Assembly: GCA_022009815.1 (NCBI GenBank)
Contig: CP091725.1
Span: 1,991,972 to 2,055,971 of the forward strand
Direction: 5' to 3'
Origin: Bacteroidales bacterium
Lineage (GTDB): Bacteria > Bacteroidota > Bacteroidia > Bacteroidales > Muribaculaceae
Length of the DNA stretch: 64,000 bases
Shown here: one piece after another, positions 56,201 to 64,000 of the stretch
Numbering within the stretch: position 1 is the first letter of the stretch
How the letters are laid out: each line of letters opens with the position of its first letter
Position numbers and translations under genes: made by a program
The notes under the pieces: model-generated
Seen by the model: only the letters and a program-made list of their open reading frames with translations
What the model was told of the DNA's origin: nothing
Databases searched by the model: none

Positions 56201-56489
56201 TGCAATAAAGTTTCAATTTTTCGAAACATGGCTTAGATCGCATGGTAATTTGAAAAGTCAAGCTGGAGACGTTATTGATAAAATAGTGAAACCTGTAATT
56301 TCCGATGGGGCATGCCGTTCATTGATTCTGCAAAACAAAGATTTTTATATGGATTTAATAAATACAGCAGGGGATGATGCTTATGAATTGAAAAAGAGTC
56401 TCCGAAACCTCATACAAAAAGATTCAGATCCGCAATTGGTTAAATTTGTCAATTCGATAGATTCAGTACCTGAGGTTGAAACCGCGTAA
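53236..56489 (+). CDS. KAP-family P-loop NTPase with two inserted TM helices and a ~650-aa uncharacterised C-terminal region; one apparent frameshift near 55044
   Basis: Walker A (GIWGSGKS) is at 53416-53439. Two hydrophobic helices (about 53709-53770 and 53790-53855) lie between Walker A and Walker B (LVLVFDNMDR), which is the KAP hallmark. Listed ORFs 53236-55071 and 55047-56489 join as ...RFIAQIK/LACDFTSLIEAK if A2 becomes A3. Confidence 0.78.
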
Positions 56490-56494
56490 GTATT

Positions 56495-56627
56495 TGTCTA
56501 ACAAGTCCGAATTTTACGATTTTACCCGTCAGAACTGAAGTGCCCCCCAAAAAAATTGTATCCAACTTTTGGGGGTCACTTCAAACTTCGATAGGGATAA
56601 TTTTCAATTTTGGGGACTTGTTAGACA
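56495..56627. repeat. compound inverted repeat / bidirectional terminator between the KAP gene and mobC
   Basis: Outer perfect 14-bp arms are tgtctaacaagtcc (56495-56508) and ggacttgttagaca (56614-56627), and the right arm includes the mobC stop codon. The inner stem pairs 56537-56552 with 56567-56582 (gaagtgccccccaaaa / ttttgggggtcacttc, one mismatch). Confidence 0.75.
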
Positions 56628-58638
56628 GTCTCATTATCTGGTAGCAGTTTACACAGCACCGGATCGTTTTTGATACGCTCCAGTTCCTCCTGCACAATCT
56701 GCTTCACCTCTTCCTTGATGCGCCGGTAGTTCGCCTGCACCGTTTCCTTCATGCGGTCGTTGCCGTCCTCGTCCGTGAAGTTTGTAATGACGGGAATTTT
56801 CTTGTAGGCACTTTCTTCCCGTTTCACCTTTTCGGCATCCACCACAATCTCGCAATGAAAAATCTTCTGCTCGATACGCTCGTTGAAGTTGTCGGATACA
56901 GAACCGACAAACATTCCCTGCGTAAGCCCGGAAATCTTACTCGGTGGAATGAGCGCGTCCATCTGCGTGTTGATGGAGGTGGAAACATCCTGCCGGTTGA
57001 TGGAGATGGACTGCCGTTTCTGCAACACCTTACCGAACCGCTCGGAGAGCGTCTTGGCTGTTTCCCCCACCACCTGACCGGAGAAAATATTGCCGACAGT
57101 GTTCATCACCACTTTCGCCTCTTTGTCCCCGTAGTCACGCACTAACTGGCTGAAATCCTGAAAGCCCAGACACACGGCAACCTTGTTGCTTCGGGCGGTA
57201 GCTATAAGATTGTCCAACCCTTTGAAGTATATTGTGGGCAACTCGTCGATGATGACCGATGACTTCAGCATCCCCTTCTTGTTGATGAGCTTCACGATAC
57301 GGGAATTATACAGACCGAGTGCCGCACCGTAGATATTCTGACGGTCGGGATTGTTACCCACGCAGAGGATTTTCGGCTCTTCGGGATTGTTGATGTCCAG
57401 CGTAAACTCGCTGTCTGACATCACCCAGTAGAGCTGCGGTGAAATCATCCTCGAAAGCGGGATTTTTGCCGACGCTATCTGACCCATGAGCTGCTCCGCA
57501 GCCCCTCCAAGCCACGCATCCATGAACGGCGAAAGGTAGTTCTCCAGCTCCGGATAAGAGGTCAGTATCGGAAATATATCCTCGTAACGGCGGTTCAGAA
57601 ACTCGATAGCATGGGGAAACGTGCAAAACTTCCCGTTCTGATAGATTTGAGATACCAGATAATACTGGCAAACAGAATGATAGGTGACTCCACGAAGAAG
57701 TCGCCCTGCTTTTGCACCCACGTTTTATTGAGGTTGAGCATTATTGTGTAGGCACTCTCATAGGCATCCGTAATATCTTCCATAAAATCCGGGTGAATGG
57801 GATTGCACCGATGAGAGCGTCGCGGGTCGTCGAAGTTGATCACATAGAACTTCGGCTTTACCTTGTAGCCGTCCGGGTGGTTCAGCAAATGGTTGTAGGC
57901 AATAGTAGATAGGTCGGGATACTTGAAATCGTAGATGTATTGACTAAAGCCCTTTTCAATCTGTTGCTTGATAAAATTGTTTACCACGGCATAGGACTTG
58001 CCGCTGCCCGGCGTACCCAACACGATGGACGCACGGAAGGGATTAACTACATTGATCCAACCGTTGTTCCAGCGTTTCCTGTAATAGAAACGTGTCGGCA
58101 GATTGACCGAATACTCGCTTTCGATAAGCCTCGTTTCCTGCATGAAACTCTCGTTCTCGTTGTTGAAAACATCCTCCATCAAATTGTGTTTCAACAGGCG
58201 GCTCATCCACAGACCACCCATCAACAGGCAGACATAGCCCGTTCCAATGGTAAGGACATACAGTCCCGTCACCGCTTCAAGCGGCAGCGGCAGGGGCAGC
58301 AACCACCAGTTCAGGAAAAACAGCACGAACCCGACGGCAAATGCTGTCCAGATTCTCCCCCAAGTGATTTTCTCACCCTTGACACCCTTCGTACCCAGAC
58401 AGGACAAGGCAAGCAAAAGGACGGAAAACAGCTTCGTGTAGAGAATGGAATGGAACAGCCCCGCCGTGCGGTCGAAGTTCAGAAGGATTTTGTCCACCAC
58501 GCCGATGTTCACGCCCCACAGCCGGATGGCTTCGTAGCAGAACCAGTACACGTTCATGACCACTAAAATGATACTCACGGCACGCAGAAAATCCATGATT
58601 TTCGCCAATGCCCTCAAATCGTCTTCTTGTTGTGACAT
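56621..58638 (-). CDS. mobC: type IV coupling protein (VirD4/TraG-like; MobC of CTnDOT-type mob operon), one apparent frameshift at the T3 run 57646-57648
   Basis: The N-terminus has TM helices and the Walker A motif is VLGTPGSGKSYAVV. Listed ORFs 57595-58638 and 56621-57721 join as IIWYLK/IYQNGKFCTFPHAIEF. Confidence 0.86.
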
Positions 58639-58668
58639 ACATTGATTTTTTAATTGTTGATACTCTGA

Positions 58669-59912
58669 TTACATACCCAAGCCCTTGCGTTTTTTCTTCT
58701 TTTTGCGCTTCATCGCCCGGATGAAAGCCTCTTCCTCGGCATCTACCGCCGGACCTTCGGGAGTGAGCAAGCCCATACCGCCCGATATATCTTCACTGTC
58801 GTAGGCGGTCTGCCCGTGTGCCTTGTCCGCAGCATCCACAGGGATGGATAGCGGTATCGGCGGTTGTCCGGCGTATGGCAGGGTGAAGTGTTCCTGCAAG
58901 GCATTCGCCGAAAGCTCCTTACCCATGCGCGAACCGTTCAGCACGCATCCCGTGCGGTGGTCGATGAAGGTAGCCCCATAGATGCGCCCTTCCTCTGTGT
59001 AGCGCAGTACGGTGTCGATGCCCTTCTCTTTGAGTTGGGATACAAATTTGTCCTTGTCATAAGTGCCTTGCAGCACGGAAAGGACGGTGCGTTTCGTCAT
59101 GTCTGCCAGTTTCCTATCCTTGATTTCCGATTTGGAACGGACAAACTTCTTCTGTACGGCTTCATAGCCTGCGGACTTCCCGAAAAGCGAGGATTTGAAC
59201 GGGTTGCCCACCTTGTTACCCTTGTCGTCCGTGACGGAATAGACCAGCCCGTGATACTCCCGTCCGCGCACGTTGCCCCTCGCTTCCTCCACCGTCATAT
59301 TATATAAGGAAAGGAGCGCACGGTATTCGCCCATCGTCTGGAAACGGTACTGCCCATTCAGAGCCTTCACGGTGTTGCCTACCTGCTTCTTCACATCACC
59401 TGCCGATGCGGCCACCTTGCGCAACGGATTATCCAATCTCTGATTTACGTTCTGCCGGATGCAATCCGTACTTCTGTTCCAGTTCCCTGCGGATACGGTC
59501 GCTGCGGCGGTAGAGAAAATCCCGGTTGAGCCTTTTCCCGTTCTCGTCCACGTTGACCGTCACGATGTGCAGGTGGTGGCGGTCGATGTCCTCGTGCTTG
59601 AATACAAGATAAGGCTGGTTTCCGAAACCGAGTTTTTCCAGATACTCGCGGGCGATATTCTGCAACTCAATATCGGTCAGCACATCCTCCGGGTGCGGGT
59701 TGAGAGAGATATGCACCACCGGCTTCTCGATCTTCATCTGCGGTGGCAGGAAGGTGAGAAAACCCTCCATCGCCTTGCCTATGTCCACCGTTCCCGAACC
59801 GTCATTGTAGATGCGGTTGGTGGTGAGAAGCCGCCCCTGCGCCTCGTTAATCTTCTCCCCGTTGTAGGCAATCGCGCCGTACAACGAACTTCCTACACTG
59901 ATTTGCGACCAT
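58669..59912 (-). CDS. mobB: relaxase (MobB), apparent frameshifts at the T3 runs 59902-59904 and 59444-59446
   Basis: With one extra A, the ATG at 59912 gives MVAKISVGSSLYGAIAYNGEKINEAQG. The histidine motif is HHLHIVTVNVDENG. The C-terminal half is listed ORF 58669-59436 (joined as AERKN/QRLDNPLRK). Confidence 0.84.
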
Positions 59913-60319
59913 TTTGCCTCCATTTCCCTTGAAAGTTCCACAATCCGGCGGCTCAGTTTCACGAGTTCGACGGTGTGTTGCTCTAATTTGTAGAGCAACG
60001 CCATCGCCTTTTTCTCTGAAAAATGCAGCCTCAGTTCCTTCACGACTTGGTTGTAATTCGTACCCACGGCACGGAATTGTGCATGAAAATCCGACAGTTT
60101 GGTGTAATAGTCCACCAACGTCTTGTCCACCTTCAGCACCTTGAACGGCTGCCCGAAGAAGTGCGCTTTGAGGAAAACAGACCGTGCATAGACACCCGAT
60201 TTTCCGAACATGGCGAGGAAACGGTTGTGTTCCTCCTCGTTGAAACGGACGGTGTACCGGTACACCGCCGGATCAAGTTTGGGATTTCTCCCTGATTTGC
60301 TTTTCCTTTTCTCTTTCAT
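59893..60319 (-). CDS. mobA: relaxosome accessory protein (MobA); read as an in-frame fusion to mobB in this sequence
   Basis: Starts MKEKRKSKSGRNPKLDPAVYRYTVRFNEEEHNRFLAMF, typical of MobC/MobA-type accessory proteins. With A4 instead of A3 it would end ...AKWSQKSV* at 59893, overlapping the mobB start. Confidence 0.72.
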
Positions 60320-61027
60320 ATTACTTTGGATTTAGCGGATTGACGGCATAAGCCGCCGCTTCGGATTACAGCACCGCAGTTCTGAAAGGCTTCCCGACTT
60401 CGGAGGGAAAGCCCGCCCCCCTGCAAGGGCAAGTGCTTTTCGTGGCTGCTCAAAATATTTTGAGCGGCTGAAAAGACATCTTGCTATGTTCAGGTGAACA
60501 TAAAAATCCGTCAGGGGACGGATTGGGAAAATACCTTTCAGGACTCCGGGCCGCGCGTCATCGGCGAACCCTGCTGTCCGGGTGCAAAGTTACGCCCTTA
60601 AAGCGGTATCGGACAGATGCTTGACCCGGTCAATGACTGCCAACCGGCGCAACGTGCCGCCACTTGCCGGAGAAGTGATACAGGTTCCAAAATATACTTG
60701 TTTATTTGCAGCATGATTCAAGAAACGAACGATTTGAAGATATGATAAACGGAACATTCAAATACCCGGAAATCCGCTTCTTCGGATACTTGCCGAAACG
60801 GATACCCGAACCGTCGGAAACCCGGTTCTCCGACAATTCGGTGACGTATGGATTCAATGACTTCATGACGCAATGTCGTCAATCACCATTTGTCCGACGC
60901 ACCGCTTCACCACAGAACCGGATACGCGACGACCCGCCTGCGTGTGTAGTCACGGAAGCGGATGGTGCGACAGCCAAATCCGTATGGAAACAGAAACAAA
61001 TCATCAACAATTAAAATAAATGGAACT
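60320..61027. other. oriT / divergent mob-tra control region
   Basis: This is the non-coding interval between the divergent mobA and traA. It holds a perfect 18-bp palindrome gctcaaaatattttgagc (60448-60465), tgttca-gg-tgaaca (60487-60500) and the hairpin aatccgtc-aggg-gacggatt (60505-60524). CTnDOT-type oriT maps to this interval in the literature. Confidence 0.6.
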
Positions 61028-61789
61028 ATGAGTAAGGAAATCTTCGTTGCATTCGCAACACAGAAAGGTGGCATCGGCAAATCCACTGTCACGGCACTTG
61101 CCGCCAGCTACCTGCACAACGTGAAAGGCTACAATGTCGCCGTCGTGGACTGCGACGACCCGCAGCACAGCATCCACGGGCTGCGCGAACACGAAATGGG
61201 GCTTATCGACAGCAGCACCTACTTCAAGGCTCTCGCTTGCGACCATTTCCGCCGGATCAAAAAGAACGCCTACACCATCGTCAAAAGCAATGCGGTGAAC
61301 GCCCTCGACGATGCCGAGAGGATGATTGCCACTGAGGACGTGAAACCCGACGTGGTGTTCTTCGACATGCCCGGCACACTCCGAAGCAACGGCGTGATAA
61401 AGACGCTCTCGCAGATGGACTACATTTTCACTCCGCTGAGTGCCGACCGCTTTGTCGTGGAGAGTACCCTGAAATTCGTCACGATGTTCCGCGACAGGCT
61501 GATGACTACCGGACAGGCGAAAACAAAGGGGCTGCATCTGTTCTGGACGATGGTGGACGGCAGGGAGAGGAACGACTTGTACGGCATCTACGAGGAAGTG
61601 ATAGCCGAAATGGGCTTTCCGGTACTTTCCACCCGCTTGCCCGACAGCAAGAAGTTCCGCCGTGACCTTTCGGAAGAGCGCAAGAGCGTTTTCCGCTCCA
61701 CCATCTTCCCGATGGACACGGCACTGCTGAAAGGGAGTGGCATCCGGGAGTTTTCCGAAGAGATAAGCGACATCATCAGACCGCAGTGA
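61028..61789 (+). CDS. traA: ParA/MinD-type ATPase TraA
   Basis: Starts MSKEIFVAFATQKGGIGKSTVTALAASYL, with a deviant Walker A. It is the first gene of the tra operon. Confidence 0.88.
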   Translation: MSKEIFVAFATQKGGIGKSTVTALAASYLHNVKGYNVAVVDCDDPQHSIHGLREHEMGLIDSSTYFKALACDHFRRIKKNAYTIVKSNAVNALDDAERMIATEDVKPDVVFFDMPGTLRSNGVIKTLSQMDYIFTPLSADRFVVESTLKFVTMFRDRLMTTGQAKTKGLHLFWTMVDGRERNDLYGIYEEVIAEMGFPVLSTRLPDSKKFRRDLSEERKSVFRSTIFPMDTALLKGSGIREFSEEISDIIRPQ

Positions 61790-61791
61790 GC

Positions 61792-62232
61792 ATGGGCAGC
61801 AGGAAAGTGAACACGGAAGGCATCGACGAGGAACTGCTGTTAGCCTCCATCGGGCGGCGCACACAGGACGGGACACTGCGCCCCGCACAGGAAGTACCCG
61901 CAGCTGCACCGACCGAAGAGGACACCGCCGCACCGGAACCATCTCCTGTGCAACCCGTAACACGGGAAAAAGCGCAGAGGGAAAGTGGACGCCGGAAAAG
62001 GCAGGACGAGGACTACAACGAGCTATTCCTGCGCCGCAACGAGATAAAGACCCGCCAATGTGTCTATATCAGCCGTGACGTCCACGGCAAGATCCTCAGA
62101 ATCGTGAACGACATCGCCGGAGGGGAAATCTCAGTAGGCGGATATGTGGATACCGTGCTGCGCCAGCATCTGGAACAGCACAAGGAGAGAATCAACGAAC
62201 TGTACAAGAAACAACGTGAAGATCTGATTTGA
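61792..62232 (+). CDS. traB: conjugal transfer protein TraB (DUF3408-like)
   Basis: The C-terminal block QCVYISRDVHGKILRIVNDIAGGEISVGGYVDTVLRQHLEQH is shared with the next gene, which is the paired DUF3408 pattern of CTnDOT traB/traC. Confidence 0.72.
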   Translation: MGSRKVNTEGIDEELLLASIGRRTQDGTLRPAQEVPAAAPTEEDTAAPEPSPVQPVTREKAQRESGRRKRQDEDYNELFLRRNEIKTRQCVYISRDVHGKILRIVNDIAGGEISVGGYVDTVLRQHLEQHKERINELYKKQREDLI

Positions 62233-62233
62233 A

Positions 62234-62587
62234 ATGGAAAAAGAAATGACACCGAATGAAAAAAGACCACAGCAAGACTGCGGAGGTATGTTTACCCAAG
62301 TGCAGGCGAGTGTGGAAATACTGTCGCCTGTCCCGGTAAGCGGCAAATGCAGTGAGAAGGACTATGAACGCCTGTTCATCCGCGACCCGGAAGTAAAGGC
62401 ACGTGAGGGGAAGATGGCGTATGTGCGCCCGGAGTACCACGAGCGTATCATGCGTATCACCCGTGTAATCGGGCATGACCGGCTTACGCTGTCCGCTTAC
62501 ATCGACCATGTGCTGACGCACCACTTCAACCAGTGCGAAGATGCGATAAAGAGCCTTTATGCCCGAAATTACAATTCAGTATTCTAA
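62234..62587 (+). CDS. traC: conjugal transfer protein TraC (DUF3408-like)
   Basis: MAYVRPEYHERIMRITRVIGHDRLTLSAYIDHVLTHHFNQ is paralogous to the TraB C-terminus. Confidence 0.72.
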   Translation: MEKEMTPNEKRPQQDCGGMFTQVQASVEILSPVPVSGKCSEKDYERLFIRDPEVKAREGKMAYVRPEYHERIMRITRVIGHDRLTLSAYIDHVLTHHFNQCEDAIKSLYARNYNSVF

Positions 62588-62603
62588 CCAAAAACGGAAG
62601 GAT

Positions 62604-63330
62604 ATGAATTACACAATCAGCATGACAGACATTCTGCTGGCGGTATCGGTCGGCTGCAACCTCTGGTTCCTGTTCCTGCTCCTTTACGAGCGCATCATGG
62701 ACACGCGGATTGTCCGCTTCTTCAAGGGCATTGTCGGATTATGGCGGTCACTGGACGGGAATGAGGCTAAACGCATAGCGGCACACGAGGAAGTCCCTGC
62801 GGAAAAGGCGGACATCATCGGCAAGAGCCGTTTCAGGATGGCATCCACCCGGACAACCGCTGCCATACCGACGCAAGAAGCCGCCACTATTGAAAGGCAT
62901 TGAGCTGTCGGAGGAAGAGGCTACTTTTGACGACGGAAAAACGGGAAACGCATCCCGCCCGGCACAAGTCCCGGAGGAAAAACTCGATGAGACCTTCACG
63001 AGCATACCGCCGGAGGAACTGGGATACGGGGACGACGAACCGGAAGAGGACGCCTCGGACACGCCACGGGCTTCGGGCAGCAGCTTTGACGAGATTGACG
63101 ACGCCTGCAAGACCGCCAAAAACCCGGACGCGACACAGGCGGAACGTGAAAAGGCGGCTAAGGTGTTCACCGACATGGAGGGCACGGAGTTGTACGAGAA
63201 AATGATGGAAGGCTCTTCGGAGATAGGCATCCGCATCAAGGGGCTTATCGAGATTCGGCTGAAGAAATCTGAAAAGGAGTTCGTCGTGCCGGACAACATC
63301 GAGGAGTTCGACATTCGCAACTATGTATGA
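62604..63330 (+). CDS. traD: conjugal transfer protein TraD, one apparent frameshift at the A3 run 62893-62895
   Basis: The N-terminus has a TM helix (MNYTISMTDILLAVSVGCNLWFLFLLLY). It joins listed ORF 62890-63330 as ...AATIEK/GIELSEEEATFDD. The C-terminal half is acidic. Confidence 0.68.
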
Positions 63331-63530
63331 CAACAATAAAAGAAATGAACATGAAAGAATGACATCAACCCACGCGGCGAGGAAACGCAAGGCGCATCCC
63401 CATCCGCAACGGACACGCCCACGTCCGTGGAAACAAACGGGCATCCACTAAAACCAAAGTAAAGAAACAAAGTATCAACCGCCCGACAAAGGACCATCCA
63501 CCCTTTGACGGCAAAAAACAAGAACAGTTT

Positions 63531-63848
63531 ATGAACAAGAACATCTTGAAAAACAGAAAAGCAATCCTCTCCGCGGCACTTGTCATCGCCGCAACCGCCT
63601 CCGCTTTCGCGCAGGGAAACGGCATCGCGGGCATCAACGAAGCCACCTCTATGGTGAGTTCTTATTTCGACCCCGGAACTAAACTGATATACGCCATCGG
63701 TGCAGTCGTCGGGCTTATCGGGGGCGTAAAAGTGTACGGCAAGTTTTCATCGGGCGACCCCGACACCAGCAAGACAGCCGCCTCGTGGTTCGGCGCGTGC
63801 ATCTTCCTGATTGTTGCCGCCACCATCCTGCGCTCATTCTTCCTTTAA
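63531..63848 (+). CDS. traE: conjugal transfer protein TraE (DUF4134, pilin-like)
   Basis: 105 aa with a signal peptide plus two TM segments (LIYAIGAVVGLIGGVKVY; GACIFLIVAATILRSFFL). Confidence 0.82.
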   Translation: MNKNILKNRKAILSAALVIAATASAFAQGNGIAGINEATSMVSSYFDPGTKLIYAIGAVVGLIGGVKVYGKFSSGDPDTSKTAASWFGACIFLIVAATILRSFFL

Positions 63849-63858
63849 TAAATAATGT

Positions 63859-64000
63859 ATGGCTGAATACCCAATCAACAAGGGTATCGGCCGTCCGGTA
63901 GAGTTCAAGGGCTTGAAGGCACAGTACCTCTTCATCTTCTGCGGAGGTCTGCTGGCTCTCTTCGTCCTGTTCGTCATCCTCTACATGGTCGGTATCGACC
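63859..64000 (+). CDS. traF: conjugal transfer protein TraF (DUF4133), 5' part only (runs off the window)
   Basis: Starts MAEYPINKGIGRPVEFKGLKAQYLFIFCGGLLALFVLFVILY, matching the small membrane protein that follows traE. Confidence 0.78.
   Translation, partial: MAEYPINKGIGRPVEFKGLKAQYLFIFCGGLLALFVLFVILYMVGID

Larger units (their letters stand above)
30279..64000 (+). mobile_element. CTnDOT/CTnERL-family conjugative transposon (ICE), int-proximal ~34 kb; continues beyond the window
   Basis: The canonical order is present: int; xis2c-xis2d-orf3-exc; tetQ-rteA-rteB; rteC; mobC-mobB-mobA; oriT; traA-F. The left boundary is approximate (see the att candidate). No ermF region follows exc. Confidence 0.9.

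Noticed and set aside
60706-61014. A 102-aa ORF upstream of traA.
   Set aside because: It sits in the oriT/tra promoter spacer, has no plausible start context or motifs, and overlaps the region needed for traA expression. I treated it as non-coding.

Overview
The window is a Bacteroidales-type chromosome segment in two parts. Positions 1-30.2 kb are host DNA: an IS transposase fragment, a small AT-rich islet of hypothetical and WG-repeat genes, an AGCS symporter, nrdDG, an AI-2E transporter, a GH97 alpha-glucosidase, xseB, rpiB, mnmD, a U32 peptidase, vanZ-tamB-tamA, guaA and two tandem CPA2 antiporters. From about 30.3 kb to the window end lies the left ~34 kb of an integrated CTnDOT/CTnERL-family conjugative transposon. 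Its gene order is int, HTH genes, xis2c-xis2d-orf3-exc, DUF1896, a giant methylase-helicase, tetQ-rteA-rteB, a DHFR-like ORF, rteC, an AT-rich cargo (AAA/DUF4143 ATPase plus a ~1085-aa transmembrane KAP NTPase), mobC-mobB-mobA, oriT and traA-traF. No ermF region is present. The best candidate for an undescribed system is the AAA + KAP NTPase cargo pair inserted between rteC and the mob operon. Other notable signals are a ~210-nt promoter-to-terminator structured RNA between rteB and the DHFR-like ORF, a 74-bp hairpin-bearing tandem repeat family around xseB/rpiB, and an integrase N-terminal remnant fused to a WG-repeat gene. Major caveat: about 25 genes are broken by single-base indels, almost all in short homopolymers. 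This looks like consensus error rather than real pseudogenisation, so I merged the split ORFs. No tRNA, rRNA or CRISPR array was found.
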